Assembly (NCBI GenBank): GCA_043814605.1
Contig: JBDRJV010000022.1
Span: 85,305 to 149,304, forward strand
Source: Candidatus Omnitrophota bacterium
GTDB taxonomy: Bacteria > Omnitrophota > Gorgyraeia > B26-G9
Direction: 5' to 3'
DNA length: 64,000 bases
The notes beneath the pieces are model-generated. The model saw only the letters and a list, made by a program, of their open reading frames with translations. It did not search any database and was not told the origin of the DNA. Both the position numbers and the translations under genes were made by a program. Shown piece by piece: positions 19,545 to 29,081 of this stretch. The number at the start of each line of letters is the position of its first letter. Position 1 is the stretch's first letter.

Positions 19545-20543
19545 TCAATTTTCCTCTTCTTTCATTTTTTTAGAACAAATTCCTTTTAGAAAAAAAAATC
19601 CGTAACAAATATGAGTAAAAAACATTCCACTTACAATAGGAATAAGCAGAAAAATTTTTTTCACAATTTTTAGCTGTTTATCTTTATATAAGCTCCATAA
19701 AACAGAAACAAATATAATGGAAAAATATAACAATAAACAAAAACTATAAATACTTCGCACAGTAGTATTCAGACAAGCTGTTACTACTCCGATTAAAACA
19801 AACAAAACAAACAAGCTGGGAATAAAATATACTATTTTACGTGAAGTTTCCGGAAATTTTTTGGCAAAATATCCCCGGTGCAAAGCATAATTAGCAACTT
19901 GTCTAAAATGCGCCGGACCCAAATTGCGGCGGAAATGATATACTAAAACATCCGGGTCATAAATAATTTTCATGCCTAGTTTTTTTGTAATATCCAGGCA
20001 TAATTTTGTATCCTCCCCCGGGTAAAAAGAACTGTCAAATCCGCCTAATTTTTCAAAGATACTTCTGCGCACAATAAAATTACATGATGGATAATCATTA
20101 ACTTGCATCTTTTTCTGAGGCAGATATCTATAAGTATACGGGCCACTAATAAAAACTGATGAAAAAATGTGTCCGCTGGCATGAGCTAAAACCGGGCTTT
20201 CCAAAGGGGTTATTGATGGCCCACCCACAGCAGCAACTTTAGAATCTTGAAAATTTTTCACAGCATTTATAAGCCAATCATGTTCAGGATATGCATCATC
20301 ATCTATAAAAGCAAAAATATCTGCCTGGGAATGTTTTAAAGCCATATCTCTTTTTTCCGCTGGCCCCATTGGCCCTGTAGGAATGCTTTTAATTTTATTT
20401 TTAAAATTTTCAAAGGGCTCATCCGGAAATATAATAATTTCAAACGATTTATAATCAAGTTTAAGACATTCCTCAATGCATTTCTTAAGGTTAACATTAA
20501 AGTGTTTAACCGGGATAATAATCGCCACTGATAAATTATTCAT
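19545..20543 (-). CDS. GT2 glycosyltransferase with C-terminal TM helices
   Basis: FIDDDAYP, GGFD, GEDTKL. Confidence 0.85.
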   Translation of the reverse strand: MNNLSVAIIIPVKHFNVNLKKCIEECLKLDYKSFEIIIFPDEPFENFKNKIKSIPTGPMGPAEKRDMALKHSQADIFAFIDDDAYPEHDWLINAVKNFQDSKVAAVGGPSITPLESPVLAHASGHIFSSVFISGPYTYRYLPQKKMQVNDYPSCNFIVRRSIFEKLGGFDSSFYPGEDTKLCLDITKKLGMKIIYDPDVLVYHFRRNLGPAHFRQVANYALHRGYFAKKFPETSRKIVYFIPSLFVLFVLIGVVTACLNTTVRSIYSFCLLLYFSIIFVSVLWSLYKDKQLKIVKKIFLLIPIVSGMFFTHICYGFFFLKGICSKKMKEEEN

Positions 20544-20586
20544 TTTTTAAAACCTCTCAAACAACACAGGTTTGCCCATCGGTAAT

Positions 20587-21882
20587 CTATAAAACAGGCC
20601 GGCCAACATCTGTATATCTAAATCCTAATTTTTTCATTCTTGCCGCTTCAAAAATATTCCTGGCATCAATAATAATAGGATGATTAAGCAGTTTTTTAAT
20701 CTTTAAAAGATTGAGCTTTTTAAATTCCGGCCATTCTGTGATAATAACTAATGCATCGCTGCCACGCGCAACATCATAAGCGTTTTTGCAAAAATCAACA
20801 TTCGGCAAAAGTTTTTTTGCATGTTCCATAGCTTTAGGATCATAAGCTTTTACCTGTGCCCCTTCACCTTGAAGCATTTTTATAATATCAATTGCCGGAG
20901 CACTACGAATATCATCAGTATTAGGTTTAAATGCAATTCCCAGAACACCAATATTTTTCCCGTTCAAAATCCATAAAGAATGTTCAATTTTTTTAAATAT
21001 TAGTTTCCTTTGTTTTTCATTAACGCGTTCGACTTCTTTTAAAATATCAAACTGACAATCCAGTTTTTCCGCAATTCGGATAAAGGCCTGAACATCTTTA
21101 GGGAAACAGCTTCCGCCATATCCAATCCCCGCTTTTAGGAAACTACTGCCTATCCTTTTATCTAAACCCATCCCTTCGGCTACCTTCTCTATATCTGCTC
21201 CGACTTTTTCGCAAATATTAGCCACAGAATTAATAAAAGAAATTTTCGTCGCTAAAAACGAATTGGAAGCATGTTTAATAATCTCTGCACTTTGAATATT
21301 TGTAACTACTATCGGAACTTTCAGCGGTTTATATAATTTCACTAGAAGCTTTTTTGCTTTTTCACTTTCCACCCCTAAAACCACCCGGTCAGGATGCATA
21401 AAATCATCAATTGCAGAACCTTCTTTTAAAAATTCCGGGTTTGAAGCAACATCAAAATCTATCTTGTGATTATTAAGCCGCATAATATATTTTACCCATT
21501 TATTTGTTTCAACCGGTACAGTGCTTTTTTCCACTACGACTTTATAATTATTCATATAGCGCGCCACATCCCGTGAAACTTGTTCGATATATCTTAAATC
21601 TGCATTACCGTCAGCCTTAGGAGGAGTTCCTACTGCAATAAATATTATTTTTGATTTTTCTACTGCCTTTTTTATATTTGTCGTAAAAAAAAGCTGTTTT
21701 TTTCTGCAATTTTTTTTGATTAACTTTTCTAATCCCGGCTCATAAATAGGGATTATGCCTTTATTCAATTCCTGTATTTTTTCTTCATTATTATCAACAC
21801 AAATAACCTTATTCCCGAGTTCGGCAAAACAAGTTCCAGAAACCAGCCCGACATATCCAGATCCTACGATAGCAATATTCAT
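20587..21882 (-). CDS. ugd: UDP-glucose 6-dehydrogenase
   Basis: GSGYVG, KSTVP, NPEFLKEG, GYGGSCFPKD, FKPNTDDIR. Confidence 0.95.
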   Translation of the reverse strand: MNIAIVGSGYVGLVSGTCFAELGNKVICVDNNEEKIQELNKGIIPIYEPGLEKLIKKNCRKKQLFFTTNIKKAVEKSKIIFIAVGTPPKADGNADLRYIEQVSRDVARYMNNYKVVVEKSTVPVETNKWVKYIMRLNNHKIDFDVASNPEFLKEGSAIDDFMHPDRVVLGVESEKAKKLLVKLYKPLKVPIVVTNIQSAEIIKHASNSFLATKISFINSVANICEKVGADIEKVAEGMGLDKRIGSSFLKAGIGYGGSCFPKDVQAFIRIAEKLDCQFDILKEVERVNEKQRKLIFKKIEHSLWILNGKNIGVLGIAFKPNTDDIRSAPAIDIIKMLQGEGAQVKAYDPKAMEHAKKLLPNVDFCKNAYDVARGSDALVIITEWPEFKKLNLLKIKKLLNHPIIIDARNIFEAARMKKLGFRYTDVGRPVL

Positions 21883-21922
21883 TTTTATTTTTCCTTATTT
21901 TTATTAAATTCTAAATCCTGAT

Positions 21923-22861
21923 CTATATATTTTTTAATTTCCGAGAAAACCACTTTGCTGTCATATTAATTCCTTCTTCTAACGTAATTTTAGGCTCCCA
22001 TTTTAAGATTTTTTTTGCCTTTGTAATATCTGGTTTTCTTCTTTTCGGGTCATCCTGCGGTAATGGCTCAAATATTATTTTAGATTGCGACTGTACTGAT
22101 TTTATAATTAAATTTGCTAAATCAAACATATTATATTCTGTGGGATTACCTAGATTTAGCGGCTGTTGATAATCAGTTTCTATCAACCGGCAAATCCCTT
22201 CAATTAAGTCATCTACATAACAAAAAGAACGTGTTTGTTTACCATCTCCATAAATTGTCAAATCAATGTTTTTAAGCGCCTGAATAATAAAATTTGAAAC
22301 AACACGTCCGTCATCAATCTGCATATTAGGCCCATAAGTATTAAAAATTCTGATTACTCGCACATTCAGCTTATGTGAACGCATATAGGCATAAGTTAAC
22401 GCTTCTGCCCCGCGTTTACTCTCATCATAACAACTTCTTAATCCGATGGAATTAACATTCCCCCAGTATTCTTCATTCTGGGGATGCACTAACGGATCTC
22501 CGTATATTTCAGAGGTAGACGCAAGAAAAAATTTAGCCTTATGCATTTTTGCAATCCCTAAGCAATTGTGTGTTCCATTAAGCCCGGATTTTAACGTCTT
22601 AATCGGATATTTCATATAATGTACAGGGGATGCCAAAGAAGCGAAATGAAAAACCCAATCTAATTTACTGGCAAAACAAATCGGGTTTGAAATATCATGT
22701 TCGACAAGACTAAATTTAGGATTTTCTAAAAGAGGCGCAATATTCTCTCTTTGCCCGGTAATGAAATTATCTAGACAGATCACGCAATGCCCCGCATTAA
22801 CAAACCGCCTACATAAATGTGACCCTAAAAACCCTGCACCACCGGTAACCAGAATATTCAT
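21923..22861 (-). CDS. UDP-glucuronate decarboxylase (UDP-xylose synthase family)
   Basis: GGAGFLGSHL, ASTSEIYGDP, YWGNVN, RSCYDESKR, DDPKRRKPDI. Confidence 0.92.
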   Translation of the reverse strand: MNILVTGGAGFLGSHLCRRFVNAGHCVICLDNFITGQRENIAPLLENPKFSLVEHDISNPICFASKLDWVFHFASLASPVHYMKYPIKTLKSGLNGTHNCLGIAKMHKAKFFLASTSEIYGDPLVHPQNEEYWGNVNSIGLRSCYDESKRGAEALTYAYMRSHKLNVRVIRIFNTYGPNMQIDDGRVVSNFIIQALKNIDLTIYGDGKQTRSFCYVDDLIEGICRLIETDYQQPLNLGNPTEYNMFDLANLIIKSVQSQSKIIFEPLPQDDPKRRKPDITKAKKILKWEPKITLEEGINMTAKWFSRKLKNI

Positions 22862-22937
22862 GCTTAAACCCCATAAAACTCATTTGCATTACTATTTTTT
22901 GAAATAATTAAAAACTCTGATTAATAAATTTAAAACT

Positions 22938-23717
22938 CTATACTTTACTTTTTTCCCTGTTTAATTTAGCCGCTAAACGTTTTGTCCTATTTCTGACAAA
23001 ACGCAAATATATCCACAATGTATCAATACACATCTTATAAACTGTTCCCAATCCAATACGGGTATACTCTCTTTGCGATTGAATACAAACCGGAGCTTCC
23101 GCAATTTTGTATCCGCATCTGTGTATATTTACAAGTAATTCCAGATCAAAAGCAAATTCCCGGCTGATAAATTCACGAAACACATCTTTTAATACGTAAT
23201 GTTTAAAAAGTTTGAGACCAGTTTGGGTGTCATTGATCGGCAAACCAAAAATAATTTTAATAATAAAAAAATATATCACACTCATAATTCGGCGCTGGTA
23301 CGGATAAAAAAGCTGAGAATTGGGATGCATTTTTGAACCAATAACCACATCACTATCCGTTAACTGCATAATGTCAAAAAATGTATCTATTTGGCCGGGA
23401 TGCAAATCCATATCTGCATCTAAAAAAATAATGTATTCCCCCGTGGCAAAACGAAATCCTTTTTTTAATGCCCTGCCCTTGCCATAATTAGCTCTATTTT
23501 TATAGATATTTACATTATTTATAGAATTTTTCGTTATAAACTCTTTTACTTCTTTAAATGTTTTATCTTTACTGCCGTCATCAACAACAATAATCTCATA
23601 ATTTGATTTGAAATTATCAAATGTTTTAATCGTCTCTTGAAGGCTTGAAATAATCCGGTCATCCTCATTATAAGCCGGCATTATTATAGATATTTTACTT
23701 CCATTTAAATTCTTCAT
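22938..23717 (-). CDS. GT2 glycosyltransferase, DPM/Alg5-like
   Basis: PAYNE, DDGSKD, GKGRAL, DADMD, DTQTGLK. Confidence 0.9.
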   Translation of the reverse strand: MKNLNGSKISIIMPAYNEDDRIISSLQETIKTFDNFKSNYEIIVVDDGSKDKTFKEVKEFITKNSINNVNIYKNRANYGKGRALKKGFRFATGEYIIFLDADMDLHPGQIDTFFDIMQLTDSDVVIGSKMHPNSQLFYPYQRRIMSVIYFFIIKIIFGLPINDTQTGLKLFKHYVLKDVFREFISREFAFDLELLVNIHRCGYKIAEAPVCIQSQREYTRIGLGTVYKMCIDTLWIYLRFVRNRTKRLAAKLNREKSKV

Positions 23718-24961
23718 ACTCTTTCACTTTTTAATCCTAACGTATTAATAATAAACAGTCCGATAGAACAACCGCAAACAATATACATTACTTGAAGTAA
23801 ACTATTATGAAAAAGCTTTATCAATCCCGCTTGGAGCAAAACAAATACTCCAAAGATATAAATGAATTTCATATTGTGTACAGACAATTGATAATATAAA
23901 AACACACTACATAATGCATAAAAACTCATACTAATCACAAAAGGCATAACCAGCGGAATACACTCTGGATATACCGTTCCCGCAAGTGCTTTAAGTATTA
24001 AGTTAGGAAAAAGCATGCATATTGCACCTGCAATAAAAGACATTGTTCCCACAATAAATAAACTTTTTTTAAGTGTACCGGTTGTATCCTTATTTTGAGA
24101 GTGCTCTGCAGCTATTTTTGGGAACATAACAATTGTTATTGCTCCGGGTAAATAAAGAATGATCTTGCCGATCATTCTTGCTATCGCAAAATATCCTGCA
24201 TCTTTTGCCGAAAAATAAGGGCTGATTAACTGTAAATCCATATTCGTTAATAAAGCAAAGCTAAAAAGAGCAATAAATGCGGGAAAACAATATTTATAAA
24301 TCCCCCTTAAATCAAGTTTTTCATCAAAATCAGGACTATTTGCATTCGGTCTAAAGAAAAAAAACTTACGTAATGGGATAAAAGCAATAAGAAAGGCTAC
24401 TACTCCTGATATAATAAGCGCAGTTAAGGCCCCTCCTACTCTAAATCCTAATTTAACAATCAATACTCCTAACCCAACCCTTAATAAACCATTAGCAATA
24501 GAGGCAGTTCCTAAACTTTTAAACTTTTCCAGCCCTTGCAAAGCCCCCAGGTTCAGAGGTAAAATTGTTGATATAAACAACAGCACTCCCACAATGATTA
24601 TCAAAAATTCGTTATCAGTTTTATAATAAGTACTGATATTTGAGCGAAAGATAATAAAAACAAGGAGTATCCCTACTCCGACTAACCCCATTTTATATAA
24701 GAATAAACGTAGAAAAGAGCGGATATTATTGTATTTCTTTTCTGCTTTAAAACTAGATATAAACTTCGTTACTACTGCCTGCAAAGTTCCAGTTGGCATA
24801 GCTGTGATCAGTGTTAATCCCATTAACTTATCTAATAAACCAAAATCAACAGGATCTAGCGACCTAACCATAAATAGCTGGTAAAGCAGGGTAAAAATAC
24901 TCGTTAATGTTGTTGCAAAAAACATTATCCCAGCATTTTTAATAAAATTACTAATTTTCAT
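23714..24961 (-). CDS. wzx: Wzx-type oligosaccharide flippase (MOP family)
   Basis: About 12 TM segments, LQGLEKF, AGYFA, FPKI; first gene of the glycan cluster. Confidence 0.8.
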   Translation of the reverse strand: MKISNFIKNAGIMFFATTLTSIFTLLYQLFMVRSLDPVDFGLLDKLMGLTLITAMPTGTLQAVVTKFISSFKAEKKYNNIRSFLRLFLYKMGLVGVGILLVFIIFRSNISTYYKTDNEFLIIIVGVLLFISTILPLNLGALQGLEKFKSLGTASIANGLLRVGLGVLIVKLGFRVGGALTALIISGVVAFLIAFIPLRKFFFFRPNANSPDFDEKLDLRGIYKYCFPAFIALFSFALLTNMDLQLISPYFSAKDAGYFAIARMIGKIILYLPGAITIVMFPKIAAEHSQNKDTTGTLKKSLFIVGTMSFIAGAICMLFPNLILKALAGTVYPECIPLVMPFVISMSFYALCSVFLYYQLSVHNMKFIYIFGVFVLLQAGLIKLFHNSLLQVMYIVCGCSIGLFIINTLGLKSERV

Positions 24962-25010
24962 ATTTAATATATTGTAAATATTTTATATAGATAATTAAAG
25001 ATAAGGTTTT

Positions 25011-25039
25011 ATTTTATCATCAAAGGTTATACGTGTCAA
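25011..25039 (-). promoter_or_regulatory. Sigma70-type promoter of the glycan cluster
   Basis: TTGACA (25039-25034), 17-nt spacer, TAAAAT (25016-25011) with extended TG. Confidence 0.6.
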
Positions 25040-25143
25040 CAATATAAGATGTAACATATTTAGTAATAAGTTGTTACGATAGTTTTAACGTTAAAAATAC
25101 TATTTCTTTAAAGTAGTATGGTTTTAGAGGGGAGAGATAATAC

Positions 25144-25953
25144 TTATTTTATATTATCCATACTGCCGGATCGATAGCCTTCGAGATCAACACAAATATA
25201 TCTATAACCGATTGAATTTAGAGCTTTAACTGATTTGTTATCAAGTAGTTTTATTAGCTTTACTATTTTATTTTTTGATACCTCAATGCGAGCAATATCT
25301 CCATGCACTCTAATTCTGAGTTGCTTAAAACCAAAATTTTTCAGTATTTTCTCAGCATAAGCAACTTTTGTTAATTTAGATCTAGTAAGATTAGTCCCAT
25401 AAGGAAACCTTGTTGCCAAACAAGCCTCTGAGGGATTATCCCAGATTTTAAGCTTTAGTTTTTGAGCCAGAGCCCGCACATCTGATTTGTTTATTTTAGC
25501 TTGGGCCAAGGGTGAGATTATGCCTAATTCTTTTAATGCTATTTTACCCGGCCGATAAACTTTAAAATCACTCAGCTGTGATCCATCCAAAACATGGTTA
25601 TATCCTTTTTTTCGGGCAAGATCTAATAATTCAGTCATTATTTTCTTTTTACAAAAATAACAACGCTTACGAGGATTAGCTGTAATAATTTTATCGCTTA
25701 ATATATCAATTTTAATCACTGTATGCTTAATGCTATATTTTTTTGCAAAAGCTCTCGCTGCCTTAACTTCTGACTGGGAGATAAAACTAGAATCAATAGT
25801 AACTGCCCAGACATTTTTTTTAACTACTTGACTACAAATTAGTAATAAAAAACTACTGTCTACCCCACCGGAAAAAGCCACCATAACTTTTCCCAGTTTC
25901 AGAATATTTTTTTTTAAATGATTAAGTTTTATTTTAAGAGACTGTTGCTTCAT
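25144..25953 (-). CDS. larE: LarE-family ATP-dependent sulfur transferase
   Basis: AFSGGVDS PP-loop, RCYFCK, RPG, ACLATR, DLEGYRSGS. Confidence 0.85.
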   Translation of the reverse strand: MKQQSLKIKLNHLKKNILKLGKVMVAFSGGVDSSFLLLICSQVVKKNVWAVTIDSSFISQSEVKAARAFAKKYSIKHTVIKIDILSDKIITANPRKRCYFCKKKIMTELLDLARKKGYNHVLDGSQLSDFKVYRPGKIALKELGIISPLAQAKINKSDVRALAQKLKLKIWDNPSEACLATRFPYGTNLTRSKLTKVAYAEKILKNFGFKQLRIRVHGDIARIEVSKNKIVKLIKLLDNKSVKALNSIGYRYICVDLEGYRSGSMDNIK

Positions 25954-26008
25954 TTTTATCTTTTAAGAAAAATCCAGGTAAGTTAATTCACCAAAAGAAT
26001 AATCAAAC

Positions 26009-26845
26009 CTAATCCCTTATGATTAAGCCTTTTTTCTTTAAATAATCTTTAGTTTGCTTAATACTATATTTGCCGTAATGAAAAATAGAAGCAGCTAATA
26101 CTGCATCCGCACATCCTGCGCTTAAACCAGCATAAAGATGGGCTAAACTTCCGGCACCGCCTGAGGCAATAACCGGTATTTTTACTGCCTTTGATACTGC
26201 ACGTGTCAATTCCAGATCATAACCGGATTGTGTGCCGTCACAATCCATACTGGTGAGTAAAATTTCACCCGCGCCTAATTTTTCAACTTTTTTTACCCAT
26301 TGAATAACATCAATTCCAGTAGGTTTTCTTCCCCCGTAAATATACACTTCCCATGAAAGCTTCGACGAAGGACGAAGGACGAAAGACGAAGGACGATTTT
26401 TGAGACCTTTCCACTCTGTGGACTGTGGACTGTGGACTGTGGTCCGGCGCTTTGCATCCACTGCAACTACAATACACTGGTTACCGAATTTTCGTGCTGC
26501 TTTTTTAACAAGTTCAGGATTTTTCACCGCCGCTGTGTTTAAAGACACTTTATCCGCACCTTTTCTTAAGATTAATTCAATATCCGTAAGCGTTCTAATT
26601 CCTCCGCCAACTGTAAAAGGAATAAAAACTTCTTCGGCTGTTCTTTTGACCACATCCAGCATTGTTTTGCGATGTTCATGACTGGCGGTAATATCTAAAA
26701 AAACCACTTCATCCGCTCCCTGCTTTGAATACATCGCTGCCTGCTCAACCGGATCTCCGGCATCTCTGAGGTTGAGAAAATTTATTCCTTTAACCACCCT
26801 GCCGTTTTTCACATCCAGGCAGGGGATGATTCTTTTGGCCAACAT
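26009..26845 (-). CDS. hisF: Imidazole glycerol phosphate synthase cyclase subunit with a repeat-derived loop insertion
   Basis: [44 protein letters not shown]. Confidence 0.97.
   Translation of the reverse strand: MLAKRIIPCLDVKNGRVVKGINFLNLRDAGDPVEQAAMYSKQGADEVVFLDITASHEHRKTMLDVVKRTAEEVFIPFTVGGGIRTLTDIELILRKGADKVSLNTAAVKNPELVKKAARKFGNQCIVVAVDAKRRTTVHSPQSTEWKGLKNRPSSFVLRPSSKLSWEVYIYGGRKPTGIDVIQWVKKVEKLGAGEILLTSMDCDGTQSGYDLELTRAVSKAVKIPVIASGGAGSLAHLYAGLSAGCADAVLAASIFHYGKYSIKQTKDYLKKKGLIIRD
26364..26443. repeat. Two different heptamer arrays in-frame in hisF: (GACGAAG)x~4.7 and (CTGTGGA)x4
   Basis: 26364-26396 gacgaag gacgaag gacgaaa gacgaag gacga; 26416-26443 ctgtgga x3 ctgtggt. Confidence 0.95.
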
Positions 26846-27039
26846 ATAATTACCTCGTTTTACGGTAAAGGTTACGATGCCCGTATCGGCTTACGGTTAA
26901 GGCTAACGTCTTTTAAAATTCGTCCAAGCAGGGGATGATTAGTTTTGCCAACATATAGTTACCTCGTTTAACGGTAAAGGCTACGATGCCCGTATCGTCT
27001 TACGGTTAAGGTTAACGTCTTTTAAAATTTGTCCAGGCA
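26814..27039. repeat. 109-bp tandem duplication bounded by TCCAGGCA microhomology
   Basis: Copies start at 26814 and 26923; TCCAGGCA recurs at 27032; about 10 mismatches between copies. Confidence 0.9.
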
Positions 27040-27407
27040 TCCCCTAATTTATAGAGTTGCCTCCCTGACTTATCATACATATCTATAAGTTCTTCACATA
27101 AATCGATTTTTACAAAGTTAGAATAAAGATCTTTACATTGACTTAGGCTAACAATCATCTCATTACATTCTGCCATAGCGTCATCAATATACTTTTGAAA
27201 CCCGGCCTTCTGATGTCTTTTGGCATAACCTTCAGCAATTAACCTAGGAATTGTTTTGCATGCACGCCTTAATTGATCTACTAAATCAAATTTTTCACAA
27301 TCAGGCAATTTAGGAACAATCTCTTTCATTACCTTAAGCATTAGACTATATGTATTCTTATATACATCTAGATCATGAAAACTTGTGATCTTTTTATTAT
27401 TGTCCAT
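27012..27407 (-). CDS. Four-helix-bundle protein (23S rRNA IVP-like, TIGR02436 family)
   Basis: SFHDLDVY, LPDCEKFDLVDQLRRA...IAEGY motif; 131 aa. Confidence 0.9.
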   Translation of the reverse strand: MDNNKKITSFHDLDVYKNTYSLMLKVMKEIVPKLPDCEKFDLVDQLRRACKTIPRLIAEGYAKRHQKAGFQKYIDDAMAECNEMIVSLSQCKDLYSNFVKIDLCEELIDMYDKSGRQLYKLGDAWTNFKRR

Positions 27408-27470
27408 TTTCTGACCTTACCCCTATCCCATCAACGAAACGGGCTTCGTGACCGTAAGACTTTAACGAAA

Positions 27471-28103
27471 TTATTCTATTTCTCCCGCTATCTTACAAAA
27501 ATTTTCCAATATTTTTAATCCTAAATCAGAACTTTTTTCCGGATGAAATTGAATCCCATAGGTATTTTCTTTGGCAATAATACAGGCAAATTTCTGCCCG
27601 TACTCGGTTGTGGCCGAAACAAATTTTTTTTGCTTTGGCTTTGCATAATAAGAATGCACAAAATAAAAATATGATCCATCTTTAATTCCACTCAAGATGT
27701 TTTTACCTGCGGCTTGCGGCTTGCGACTTGAGACTTGTATCGTATTCCATCCCATATGCGGAATTTTTAAATTAGACTTAAATTTCACAACTTCCCCGGG
27801 AATTATATCCAGCCCCTTATGAACGCCGTGCTCATAACTCTTTGTTAATAACAGCTGCTGCCCCAAGCAAATACCTAAGAATGGCTTACCACAGGCTATC
27901 GCTGCCTTGATTTCCGGGATTAGTTTAAACTTACGCAAATTTTTCATACCGCTAGAAAATGCTCCGACTCCTGGTAAAATTAATGCCTTGGCCTGTTTTA
28001 ATTTATGAATGTTTGCAGTAACTTCGACTTTTGCTCCCACCTGCTCAAAAGCTTTAGCTACAGAATGCACATTTCCCATTCTATAATCAATTACGACAAT
28101 CAT
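27471..28103 (-). CDS. hisH: Imidazole glycerol phosphate synthase glutaminase subunit
   Basis: DYRMGN, LPGVGAF, GICLG, PHMGWN, YFVHSY, QFHPEKS. Confidence 0.97.
   Translation of the reverse strand: MIVVIDYRMGNVHSVAKAFEQVGAKVEVTANIHKLKQAKALILPGVGAFSSGMKNLRKFKLIPEIKAAIACGKPFLGICLGQQLLLTKSYEHGVHKGLDIIPGEVVKFKSNLKIPHMGWNTIQVSSRKPQAAGKNILSGIKDGSYFYFVHSYYAKPKQKKFVSATTEYGQKFACIIAKENTYGIQFHPEKSSDLGLKILENFCKIAGEIE
27706..27737. repeat. Heptamer array (CTTGCGG) in-frame in hisH
   Basis: cctgcgg cttgcgg cttgcga cttgaga cttg; encodes QVSSRKPQAAG. Confidence 0.85.
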
Positions 28104-28237
28104 TTTTTTTCCCTCTCATTGTAATCTATTTATAATTTTTTATTATATCAGAATATTTATATATTTACAGAAACTTATTAAAATATTATAATTCTTCTAT
28201 CACATATTGTAAACTCTGGATTACGATTATCTCAAAA

Positions 28238-29074
28238 ATGGGAAAACCATACTTTAGTGTAATTATTCCGACATATAATCGATCTCAATTTCTAAAAACA
28301 GCGATTGAATCTGTTTTGAACCAGACTTTTAAAGATTTTGAATTAATTATTATTGATGACGGCTCTCAAGACAATACTTATAACCTGGTTAAATCCTTTA
28401 AAGATACCCGCATTATTTATAAAAAACAAGAACACCAAGGAGTCTCTTCCAGCCGGAATCAAGGTATAATTTTATCCCGGGCTGAGATTATTGCTTTTCT
28501 TGATTCCGATGACCGGTTTAAACCCCAAAAACTTGAATTGGCAGCAGAATATATTGAAAAATTCCCGGATATCAGAATTTTTCACACTGAGGAATTGTGG
28601 TACCAGAGAAAAAAACTACTTAATCAGAAAAAAATCCATAAAAAACCGGATGGGTTTGTTTTTAAAAATTCTCTTAAACTTTGCTGTATAAGTTTATCAA
28701 CGGTTGTGACAAAAAAATCCCTTTTTAAAGAAGTAGGGCTTTTTGATGAAACTCTGCCTGCTTGTGAAGACTATGAGTTGTGGCTAAGAGCCTGTGTTAA
28801 ATATCCGGTTAAACTTATCCCTTATATTTTAACTTTAAAAGAAGGCGGCCATAGTGACCAGTTATCTAAAAAATATATTGCTATGGATACATTCAGAATT
28901 TATGCAATCGACAAGCTGTTAAAATCTAAAAAAATTACATTAACGCCTGAACAACGTGAAAATGCAATTAAAGAATTAAAGAAAAAATGCCTGATTTATA
29001 TAAAAGGCGCAAAAAAAAGAAATAAAACTAAAGAGGTTGAATCTTACTCAACTTTAATGCAATCTTACAGTTAA
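28238..29074 (+). CDS. GT2 glycosyltransferase
   Basis: IPTYNR, DDGSQD, FLDSDD, CEDYELWLR, GGHSDQLS. Confidence 0.9.
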   Translation: MGKPYFSVIIPTYNRSQFLKTAIESVLNQTFKDFELIIIDDGSQDNTYNLVKSFKDTRIIYKKQEHQGVSSSRNQGIILSRAEIIAFLDSDDRFKPQKLELAAEYIEKFPDIRIFHTEELWYQRKKLLNQKKIHKKPDGFVFKNSLKLCCISLSTVVTKKSLFKEVGLFDETLPACEDYELWLRACVKYPVKLIPYILTLKEGGHSDQLSKKYIAMDTFRIYAIDKLLKSKKITLTPEQRENAIKELKKKCLIYIKGAKKRNKTKEVESYSTLMQSYS

Positions 29075-29081
29075 ACTTAAA

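Noticed and set aside
25144-25953. Complete nickel-pincer (lar) cluster
   Set aside because: Only larE is present; larA/B/C are not in the window
26350-26450. Intein or intron in hisF
   Set aside because: The insert is about 30 aa with no Cys/Ser...His-Asn splicing motifs and is fully explained by DNA repeats
26364-27031. CRISPR array
   Set aside because: No repeat-spacer alternation; only short tandem units and one duplication; no cas genes
26814-27407. Diversity-generating retroelement (109-bp near-repeat as TR/VR, four-helix bundle as Avd)
   Set aside because: Mismatches are not confined to adenines of one copy, the copies are tandem with microhomology ends, and no reverse transcriptase is in the window
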